The notes under the pieces are model-generated. The model saw only the letters and a list, made by a program, of their open reading frames with translations. It did not search any database and was not told the DNA's origin. Positions 1 to 6,874 of a stretch of 14,032 nucleotides of DNA are shown here, piece by piece. The translations under genes were made by a program, and so were the position numbers. How positions within the stretch are numbered: position 1 is the first letter of the stretch; every line of letters starts with the position of its first letter. Origin of the DNA: Candidatus Bathyarchaeia archaeon (GTDB lineage Archaea > Thermoproteota > Bathyarchaeia > Bathyarchaeales > Bathycorpusculaceae); assembly GCA_050010515.1 (NCBI GenBank), contig JBEKKX010000052.1:1-14032 (forward strand). Direction: 5' to 3'.

Positions 1-120
1 AGGTAAATTCTACCGTTCAATTGGCCAGGTCAATGCTGAAACAATCAAACGCTACATAGAACAATCTAAGCATCCATAATTTTTCTGAAGATACCGCAAC
101 CGTAAGGTTGCGGTCATTCA
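1..120 (+). mobile_element. Right end of an IS200/IS605-family insertion sequence
   Basis: The tnpA stop (77-79) is followed by GAAG (87-90), a perfect 9-bp hairpin ACCGCAACC-GTAA-GGTTGCGGT (93-114) and TTCA (117-120). This is the guide/hairpin/cleavage-site layout of IS200/IS605 right ends. The exact end is uncertain by a few bases because TTCA repeats at 121-124. Confidence 0.8.
2..79 (+). CDS. tnpA: C-terminal fragment of an IS200/IS605-family Y1 (HUH) transposase, truncated by the window start
   Basis: Frame 2 reads GKFYRSIGQVNAETIKRYIEQSKHP*. This matches the TnpA C-terminal pattern (G-x-F/Y-x-x-S-V/I-G ... I-x-x-Y-I-x-x-Q), with the catalytic Tyr at 53-55. Not in the supplied ORF track. 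Confidence 0.85.
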   Translation, partial: GKFYRSIGQVNAETIKRYIEQSKHP

Positions 121-231
121 TTCAGGAAATCCTGAAGGAAGACCCAGACGCGACATAGTTATAGTAATTGAAAACGGGTATCCGCGGCAACACCACAAAC
201 CCTGAAGGCGTTGATTTTAATTGCCATAGTT

Positions 232-1002
232 TTAAGCAAGACGATAACGTCCTCGTTCAACAAATTCAAGATAACCCTTATCTCGCAAGAATTGCAGTTG
301 CTGACGAATTTTAGCTTTGATATGCCGATTATCGGGATGCTTTTTGCTTAACGCGTTTTCAAATCCATAGACTTCGTCGAGCGAAAACTCTTTGCGTCCA
401 AATTTTTCAACGCATACCATAACATCTATGAGCCAACCCTTCGCACTTAGTTCTTTTTCTCCGCGCAAGAAAAGCGTCTTTTGCCACTCCGCAAGCACTT
501 TTTCTTTTTGTTTAATGACTTTGTTTTTAACAAAAAATATTTTTCCAGTTTCTGGAATATTTTGCAATAGTATGTTGCAGCCAACCCAACCTGCACGGAT
601 TGCAGTTTGAGATAGCGGTTTTCGCTTTTCGATTATCTCTGGAACAAAAAAGTGTTTTGGAATAACTAGAAAGTTTAGTACCTCAAAGTTTTTTAAATCG
701 TAACTGAGCAAGAAAAGGTTCGGGTTATGGCTATCCTGCAAGCGTGCAATCATCGTCCGATAAGCACCATCGACAATTTTTGTGCCCACAGCTTCTCTTT
801 TGCTTTTTAGTTCATAATCCTCTCTGCAATTCGAGCAGAAAAAATCTGCAACGGGTCTATTGTTTTCATACTTATTAATCTCTAAATGCCCGCAGCTCGG
901 ACAATAAACTTGATTATCAACCCAATGTTCGGTTAAAACCCGAATTTTTTGAGATTGGCCTACGTATTTATCAGCAAGTTTTGTTTCAAAAGACAAATTC
1001 AT
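232..1002 (-). CDS. DpnI-family (Dam-replacing protein) methylation-dependent restriction endonuclease
   Basis: Shows SQKIRVLTEHW, Zn-binding CPSCG...CSNC, the PD-(D/E)xK core (PVADF...YELKSK), IVDGAY, RAGWVGCNI and a C-terminal winged helix (HPDNRHIKAKIRQQLQFLRD). ATG 1002 is preferred over GTG 1011 because GGAGTG (1014-1009) lies 6 nt upstream of it. Confidence 0.93.
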   Translation of the reverse strand: MNLSFETKLADKYVGQSQKIRVLTEHWVDNQVYCPSCGHLEINKYENNRPVADFFCSNCREDYELKSKREAVGTKIVDGAYRTMIARLQDSHNPNLFLLSYDLKNFEVLNFLVIPKHFFVPEIIEKRKPLSQTAIRAGWVGCNILLQNIPETGKIFFVKNKVIKQKEKVLAEWQKTLFLRGEKELSAKGWLIDVMVCVEKFGRKEFSLDEVYGFENALSKKHPDNRHIKAKIRQQLQFLRDKGYLEFVERGRYRLA

Positions 1003-1159
1003 AATTGGCACTCCAATTTTTTCTTAGCTCACCAACAGCATCCTGTTCGCCCATTGAATAACAGTTAATGTTATGTTTAAATCTAAATCTTTCCTTTCTA
1101 AAGAGTGGAGTTAGTTCTTTGATTATTTTCACCTCTTTTGTTGCATGTGACCGAGCCAT
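986..1159 (-). CDS. Possible small hypothetical protein (57 aa) overlapping the start of the DpnI-like gene
   Basis: Open frame MARSHATKEVKIIKELTPLFRKERFRFKHNINCYSMGEQDAVGELRKNWSANYEFVF*, with a TATA-like AAAACTTTATA just upstream on the minus strand (1184-1174). No recognisable motif. Confidence 0.2.
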   Translation of the reverse strand: MARSHATKEVKIIKELTPLFRKERFRFKHNINCYSMGEQDAVGELRKNWSANYEFVF

Positions 1160-1338
1160 TTGAGCTTAAAAGCTATAAAGTTTTATGAGGGGTAGAATTG
1201 GAAAGGATTATTGCCATATGGTAGAAAAACTTACCAGTCTTTAATTCCACGGCAGCAGGCTAAAGCCTGTTGGAGCATATTTGAATATCTAACAATAAAG
1301 CCATGTTAATTATGCCAAAAAGTAGATGAATAAAACAC

Positions 1339-1456
1339 GTTTCTATGTTGAAAGTGCGCGTATTATTTCTATGTTGAACTATGTTGAATCATATTTGGAG
1401 CATATTAGAAGCATCTAGTAGACTAGGAGGGTAGCTTGAGCACACACACAAATATC
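1339..1456. repeat. Direct repeat copy 1 (~118 bp, non-coding)
   Basis: Aligns by eye to 2380-2495 at about 85% identity. Identical blocks are ATGTTGAACTATGTTGAATCATATTTG (1371-1397 = 2412-2438) and TAGAAGCATCTAGTAGAC (1406-1423 = 2447-2464). Contains three ATGTTGAA units. Confidence 0.95.
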
Positions 1457-1508
1457 AAAGCTAACGCGCTTGTAAACTGACTATTGGCTGGTTCATGTTT
1501 TCCCCGCA

Positions 1509-1531
1509 AGTTTAATAGGTATGTTTAAACT
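1509..1531 (+). promoter_or_regulatory. Candidate vapBC promoter/operator
   Basis: Inverted repeat AGTTTAA-N9-TTAAACT overlaps TATA-like TTTAATA/TTTAAA elements 25-45 nt upstream of the vapB ATG. Autorepression through promoter palindromes is typical of VapBC. Confidence 0.45.
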
Positions 1532-1556
1532 ACTTTTACCACCAGCGTGAAACAGT

Positions 1557-1811
1557 ATGACTGAACTTAAAGCAATTAAAGTCAGCAAAGAAACATACGC
1601 TGAATTAAACGCAATAGCTGGCGAACTGCAAGTCAGACTGAAAAGACCCGTATCAATAGAGGAAGCAATGAAACACCTCATAAACAAAAGAAAAAAAGGA
1701 ACAAAAATCACGGATTTAGCCGGCTCATGGGAAGTAAACGATGAAGAACTAAAAGAAATTAAAGCATCAATAAGCCAGGCATGGGAGAAATGGAAACCAC
1801 AAAAACAATAA
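1557..1811 (+). CDS. vapB: VapB-type antitoxin (ribbon-helix-helix-like N-terminus)
   Basis: 84 aa. Has KAIKVSKETYAEL...SIEEAMKHLI (beta-helix-helix pattern) and a C-terminal DLAGSW...EE motif typical of archaeal VapB. Overlaps the downstream PIN gene. Confidence 0.85.
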   Translation: MTELKAIKVSKETYAELNAIAGELQVRLKRPVSIEEAMKHLINKRKKGTKITDLAGSWEVNDEELKEIKASISQAWEKWKPQKQ

Positions 1812-2206
1812 TCGACACCGACATACTGATTGATCTGCTGAGAAACAAAAAAGAAGCCGTAGCCTTCGTTGCAGCGCTCGAAGAGAAAAAAATTGAACTG
1901 GCCACAACCGTAATCAACGCTTTCGAGCTGCATTATGGCGCACATAAATCCAGACAACCCCAAAAAAACTTGCAAGCAACCAAAAAACTTCTAAGCAGAC
2001 TGGATGTTTTGCCGCTGACGTCAAAGTCAGCTCAAATGGCAGGTCACATATACGCTCAGCTGGAAACAAAAGACCAAACCATCGGGCTCAGAGACACCAT
2101 AATCGCCGCAATCGCCCTGACAAGAGAACAAAGCGTAGCCACACGCAACACAGAACACTTCAAAAAAATCACCGACCTCAAAATCATCTCACCCCAAGAG
2201 CCATAA
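1790..2206 (+). CDS. vapC: VapC PIN-domain ribonuclease toxin
   Basis: IIDTDILIDLLR, FELHYG, DTIIAAIAL and VATRNTEHF carry the PIN acidic residues. ATG 1790 is preferred (alternative 1781). Overlaps the 3' end of vapB. Confidence 0.93.
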   Translation: METTKTIIDTDILIDLLRNKKEAVAFVAALEEKKIELATTVINAFELHYGAHKSRQPQKNLQATKKLLSRLDVLPLTSKSAQMAGHIYAQLETKDQTIGLRDTIIAAIALTREQSVATRNTEHFKKITDLKIISPQEP

Positions 2207-2208
2207 GC

Positions 2209-2230
2209 AGACTATCAAAAGACAGTCTTT
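2209..2230 (+). terminator. Short hairpin directly after the vapC stop; possible terminator
   Basis: AGACTATC-AAAA-GACAGTCT (8-bp stem, one mismatch) followed by only a short T run. Confidence 0.25.
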
Positions 2231-2379
2231 GGGTTAAATCCAACAATTTAAAAGAAACCCTGCGGCAACACAGAACGTGCAGTAAAAATAAACCATCGGT
2301 TTCGGTTATTATTCAATATTTTCGATTCCAATGTATATTTTTCCGTCATAATTAACTCTTCATATGTAGAAAGAGCACT

Positions 2380-2495
2380 GTTTCATGTTGAAAAGTGCGC
2401 GACTTATTTCCATGTTGAACTATGTTGAATCATATTTGAAGCCTAATAGAAGCATCTAGTAGACCCGAGGTAGATTGTGCACAAAAACAAATATC
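2380..2495. repeat. Direct repeat copy 2 (~116 bp, non-coding)
   Basis: See copy 1. Lies 37 nt beyond the stop codon of the acyl-CoA synthetase beta gene. On the minus strand it begins with T-rich GATATTTGTTTTTGT. Confidence 0.95.
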
Positions 2496-2532
2496 CTGTC
2501 TAAGCCGAAATCTTCCGCCAAGCTAACAAGCT

Positions 2533-3228
2533 TTATTCCAGTATTATTCTTGCGTCAACTGTTTCTGCGCCTTTCTGGTAAGCCATCACAGGGTTCAGGT
2601 CCAGCTCTTTGATTTCAGGATGATCCATGACAAGGCGTGAAGTGTTGCACAGTATGCTTATTAGGGCGTCGATGTCTGCAGGCGGCGTGTTTCTGTAACC
2701 CTTCAGAAGCGGATAAGCCTTAAGTTCAGTAATCATTTCCTCCGCATCATCCGGCGTTATGGGCGCAATTCTGAAGCTTACGTCTTTGAGGACTTCAACA
2801 AATATTCCGCCTAAACCAAACATTAATGTTTGCCCAAACTGAGGGTCTTTGATGGCTCCAACGATAACTTCAGTTGATTGCGGCGCCATTTCCTGCACTA
2901 AGATGCCCACGATTTTTGCGTTGGCATCGTATTTTTTAACGTTTTCCAAGATTTTTTTGTAGGCGCCGCTGACTTCGGCTGGGTTTTTCAGGTTAACCAT
3001 GACGCCTCCAGCGTCGGATTTGTGGATTATGTCTGGTGAAACAATCTTTAATACCACTGGGTACCCGATTTCGCCAGCGTATTCTGCTGCTTCATCTTCG
3101 TTCAACGCCACTTTAAATTTGGTAACTGGAATGCCGTATTCCATACAGATGGCTTTGGCTTCAGGTTCAAGAAGCGCTTTTCTGCCTTCCTTTTTTGCCT
3201 GGTTAACGATTCTTGAGGTCTGATTCAT
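2533..3228 (-). CDS. acdB: ADP-forming acetate/acyl-CoA ligase beta subunit (ATP-grasp)
   Basis: LLEPEAK...YGIP, IGYPVVLKIVSPDIIHKSDAGGV, GILVQEM, EVIVG...DPQFG...MFGLGGIFVEVLKDVSFR, IKELDLNP, VDARI; 231 aa. Confidence 0.95.
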   Translation of the reverse strand: MNQTSRIVNQAKKEGRKALLEPEAKAICMEYGIPVTKFKVALNEDEAAEYAGEIGYPVVLKIVSPDIIHKSDAGGVMVNLKNPAEVSGAYKKILENVKKYDANAKIVGILVQEMAPQSTEVIVGAIKDPQFGQTLMFGLGGIFVEVLKDVSFRIAPITPDDAEEMITELKAYPLLKGYRNTPPADIDALISILCNTSRLVMDHPEIKELDLNPVMAYQKGAETVDARIILE

Positions 3229-3418
3229 GCTATTTTACCTTCCAACGACGTTTCTGTGTATGACATGTTTTATAGGTTTAAAATTGTTTTGATAGCCTGA
3301 TCGCTTTTGGATGATGGATGCTCTTGCTTATTGTCGTTGTGTTCTGCAGATCAATAATACCAATTATTAATACGTAATACTTAATAGTCGTTACAACGAA
3401 TCCTAAATACGACCAATA
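3229..3418. promoter_or_regulatory. Divergent promoter region between acdB and the pilus operon
   Basis: 190-bp AT-rich gap between head-to-head genes. TATA-like TTTTAAA on the minus strand (3283-3277) and TATTAATA/TTAATA on the plus strand (3365-3386). Confidence 0.55.
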
Positions 3419-5152
3419 ATGCAAAAGCAAAGCCTTAAAGAAAAACTCAAAGAATCCATAGCCAAGCTACGGCCCACTCGAAATGCAAACAAATCACCCA
3501 GCAAAAAAACCACAGAAACCAAAACATCAACAGAAAACAAACCAAGCAGTAATAAAAGATTCAAATTTCCAAAAATAAATCTAGGTTTCAAAAAGAAAAC
3601 GCCAGAGCCAGAAATTCCCTCAGTAACCAAATCCTTACCAAAAGGAATCAAAATAGCCGACAAATACCCCTTGTACGAGCCGTTCTCCCAGGTTGTAATA
3701 GTTCAAGACCCCAAAACAGGCGAATACAAGTATGTTCTTGATGAACTGCAGCTTGACCCACTGGAACGAGGCATATACAAACGCATCCTAGACATACTGC
3801 TCGCCGAAATTGAGTCACCAAAAGAGCAAATAAAGGACCCGAGAAAATTCTTCGCTCAAGAAGCCAAAAAAATAGTAGACAAATACCGCATTAGCCTCGG
3901 CTGGTTACCTGATGTTTCATGGTACAAAATCATCTACCACGCAGAACGTGATCTCGTCGGCTATGGTAAAATCGATTCATTAATGCGCGACCCAAACATA
4001 GAAGACATTTCATGCGACGGAGTAAACAGGCCACTTTACATTTGGCACCGAACCTTCGAAAGCATAGAAACCAACGTTCAATTTGAAAACGATGAAGTCC
4101 TCGACAACATGGTAGTTAAACTTGTTCACATGGCTGGAAAACACGTCAGCTCCGCCTTCCCAATAGTTGACGCTTCTCTTCCCGGTAAACATAGATTAGC
4201 TGTGCTTTACAGGCGAGAAATCACACCTTTCGGAACAGCTTTTACGATCCGAAAGTTCCGAGATGACCCCTACTCAATAATAGATTTAATCAACATAGGC
4301 ACATTCACCGAAGAACTCGCAGCTTACCTATGGATTTGCCTAGAAAACCGCGCCTCCATTATGATTCTCGGTGGAACAGCAGCAGGCAAAACCACCGCAT
4401 TAAACGCCTTAGCCTGCCTAATCAAACCGGGAAGCAAAATCATCACAATAGAAGAAACCGCCGAGTTAAACTTGTCCGCTGAAAACTGGGTTTCACTCAT
4501 TTCACGTCAAAGCTACGGTTTAGGCGGAAGCAACGTTGGTGAAGTACCCCTCTTTGACCTTGTAAAAGCTTCTATGCGTCACCGCCCTGACGTGTTAATC
4601 GTAGGCGAGGTGAGAGGTCAAGAAGCATACGTTCTCTTCCAAGCCTTAGCCACGGGACACGGCGGCATGTGCACCATGCACGCTGAAAACTTAGATTCAG
4701 CAGTAAAACGGTTAACCCAGAAACCCATGGAAATTTCTCCAGCATATATTCCATTAATGAACGTAGTCATATCTGTGCAGCGAGTGCATATAGTCAAGAA
4801 CGGCGTAAAAAAGGCTTACAGGCGCATACTTTCCACGAGCGAAATTGCCAACTATGAAGATTATCTAAATATCTTCCGATGGGATCCAAACACCGACCAA
4901 CAAATAGCATCTCCGGAAAATAGCGTATTGTTATCATCTGTTTCCAAACGGTTGGGAGTGACAACACAAGACTTACTTGAAGAAATGAAAAGACGCAGTA
5001 ATGTTCTACACTGGATGCGGCAACAAAAAATCAGAAGCTACAAAGAAGTAGCGTCAATAATTGCAGAATACTACGCAAGACCAAAAGAATTCTACCAAAA
5101 AATCCACGCAAACGAGGAGGTAAAAGCAGTTGCCGCTTCTAGAGAAATTTGA
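3419..5152 (+). CDS. Archaeal type IV pilus / type II-IV secretion assembly ATPase (VirB11/FlaI/TadA family)
   Basis: DPNIEDISCDG, FTIRKF, Walker A GGTAAGKTT, Asp box TIEETAEL, Walker B RHRPDVLIVGEVRG and His box TGHGGMCTMHA. Confidence 0.95.
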   Translation: MQKQSLKEKLKESIAKLRPTRNANKSPSKKTTETKTSTENKPSSNKRFKFPKINLGFKKKTPEPEIPSVTKSLPKGIKIADKYPLYEPFSQVVIVQDPKTGEYKYVLDELQLDPLERGIYKRILDILLAEIESPKEQIKDPRKFFAQEAKKIVDKYRISLGWLPDVSWYKIIYHAERDLVGYGKIDSLMRDPNIEDISCDGVNRPLYIWHRTFESIETNVQFENDEVLDNMVVKLVHMAGKHVSSAFPIVDASLPGKHRLAVLYRREITPFGTAFTIRKFRDDPYSIIDLINIGTFTEELAAYLWICLENRASIMILGGTAAGKTTALNALACLIKPGSKIITIEETAELNLSAENWVSLISRQSYGLGGSNVGEVPLFDLVKASMRHRPDVLIVGEVRGQEAYVLFQALATGHGGMCTMHAENLDSAVKRLTQKPMEISPAYIPLMNVVISVQRVHIVKNGVKKAYRRILSTSEIANYEDYLNIFRWDPNTDQQIASPENSVLLSSVSKRLGVTTQDLLEEMKRRSNVLHWMRQQKIRSYKEVASIIAEYYARPKEFYQKIHANEEVKAVAASREI

Positions 5153-6857
5153 AGCCCTATCCTATCGCCTCTTCGGGCGCTTTACACCGTATTTTTTGAA
5201 CAATGTTTTCCACATTAAAGGTCCCTTAGAAAAGGGACGGGTAAAAATTTACCCTGAAACTTACATTTCGCTAATGATCTTCACCGCCATGCTGACTCTT
5301 CCAGTGTCAGTGCTGGCTATAGTGATTGTTTTGCTCACTCGATTTATACCTCTGCTCATTTTGGTACCGCTTCCGCTTTTTGTAGTCGCTGGTTTCTTAG
5401 CTGTGCCTTCAAATAAAGCCAGCGACCGAGCAACAAACTTGGAGCGTGAAATACCTTTTGCGGCAGCATACATTAGCGTCATGGCATCCGGCGGCATTGC
5501 ACCGTACACTAGCTTCAAGCGGCTATCAGAAGTAGACCTTATGCCCGCAATGCGTGAAGAAGCAAGAGATATAATGAAAGACGTTGAAGTCTTTGGTGTT
5601 GACCCGCTATCAGCCCTTGAAGGGGCTGCAAAAAAAGTGCCGCTGGACATATTCAAAGATTTTCTTGGCGGTTACGCTTCAACTGTTATAATCGGCGGCG
5701 ACATAGGACATTTCCTTGAGCGAAAAGCAGAAGACATATTCAAAGCCCGTGCGCTCCGCGTTAAAGCCGCTGCTGAACGCCTTGGAATGCTACTTGAAAC
5801 CTTCATCATCGTTATGGTCATGATGTCGCTTTGTTTTTACATACTTTTCGCTGTACAGCAAATTCAGACGGGGACCAGCTCAGGCACCAACTTATCAACG
5901 TTCTCGGGCATACTAATGTACACTTACCTTTTCTCGCCACTGCTCGCAGTCGTATTCGTCTATCTAGCTCACAGCATGCAGCCGAAAACGCCGATAGTGG
6001 AAATGCGTCCCTACAAAGTGTTCGGGGTCTGCAGCGTAATAGGCATAATCGTATTCTTGCTGCTCACAAACTTCATGGGGGCAACCCATCTTCCCCTCTT
6101 CAGCACCTTGCAATCTTGGGGCCTTGATTTGCCCATAGCCCTATCTGTTGCCTTGTTTATTACTGTTGCGCCAGCAGCCGTAGTGGACACAAGATTGGCC
6201 AAGGCTAAGAACAGCATGGAAGAAGGAATCACAAGTTTTCTCAGAGACCTCACGGAAGTGCGAAAAACAGGTTTGTCGCCGGAAAAATGCATCGAAAGCC
6301 TGTCCACCCGAGACTACGGTGCCTTTAGCAAAGAACTTCGTAAAATCAGCTCCGATATTTCTTGGGGTATCCCACTCAAGAAGGTCATGATGGATTTTCT
6401 TCATCGCACGCGCAGTTGGATGGTGCAAATAGTAATGTTTCTCCTAGTTGAAACCATAGATGTTGGCGGCGGCACCATCGCAATGATTGAATCCTTGGCC
6501 CGCTTTAACAGTTTAACGGCAGAAGTGGACAAAGAAAAGAAAATGTCAGTTCGTCCCTACGTGATGATGCCCTATTTAGCATCAATTTTGCTTGTGGCAA
6601 CAACTGTCATGATGATGAGTTTTACGACAGGCTTCGGCGTAACAAGCTCAACCGTCTCAAGCACGGCATCTGCAGCAAGCAAAGGCCTGATGCAAACGAT
6701 ATTCATGACCGCAGTTATCTTCAACAGTTATATCATTGGAATTGTGGCAGGAAAAATAAGTGAGGAATCAATCTCTGCCGGATTCAAACATTCAGCCATC
6801 CTTGTTATAATCGCCTGTTTAGCTGCGAAACTCATACCTATGTTCGTTAAAATTTAG
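5130..6857 (+). CDS. Type IV pilus membrane platform protein (T2SSF / TadC / FlaJ family, two-domain)
   Basis: Multiple TM segments and two T2SSF-type cytoplasmic domains (LEREIPFAAAYISVMASGG...; FLRDLTEVRKTGLSPE...ETIDVGGG). TTG start with GAGGAGG upstream; overlaps the ATPase stop. Confidence 0.92.
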   Translation: MPLLEKFEALSYRLFGRFTPYFLNNVFHIKGPLEKGRVKIYPETYISLMIFTAMLTLPVSVLAIVIVLLTRFIPLLILVPLPLFVVAGFLAVPSNKASDRATNLEREIPFAAAYISVMASGGIAPYTSFKRLSEVDLMPAMREEARDIMKDVEVFGVDPLSALEGAAKKVPLDIFKDFLGGYASTVIIGGDIGHFLERKAEDIFKARALRVKAAAERLGMLLETFIIVMVMMSLCFYILFAVQQIQTGTSSGTNLSTFSGILMYTYLFSPLLAVVFVYLAHSMQPKTPIVEMRPYKVFGVCSVIGIIVFLLLTNFMGATHLPLFSTLQSWGLDLPIALSVALFITVAPAAVVDTRLAKAKNSMEEGITSFLRDLTEVRKTGLSPEKCIESLSTRDYGAFSKELRKISSDISWGIPLKKVMMDFLHRTRSWMVQIVMFLLVETIDVGGGTIAMIESLARFNSLTAEVDKEKKMSVRPYVMMPYLASILLVATTVMMMSFTTGFGVTSSTVSSTASAASKGLMQTIFMTAVIFNSYIIGIVAGKISEESISAGFKHSAILVIIACLAAKLIPMFVKI

Positions 6858-6874
6858 AAGGAGCAGAAAACGCG

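Noticed and set aside
1054-1082. dif-like arm TTATGTTTAAAT (and TTATGCCAAAA at 1310-1320)
   Set aside because: No partner arm ending in ATAA at 6-bp spacing; expected by chance in AT-rich DNA.
1441-1450. (CA)5 microsatellite
   Set aside because: Too short; it corresponds to CACAAAAACA in repeat copy 2, so it reflects point divergence.
1285-1475. Integron attC sites (TAAC...GTT boxes)
   Set aside because: TAAC and GTT words occur, but I could not find the extended imperfect palindrome that attC sites require.
1339-2495. CRISPR array interpretation of the direct repeats
   Set aside because: Only two long copies about 1 kb apart, no regular repeat-spacer period and no cas genes.
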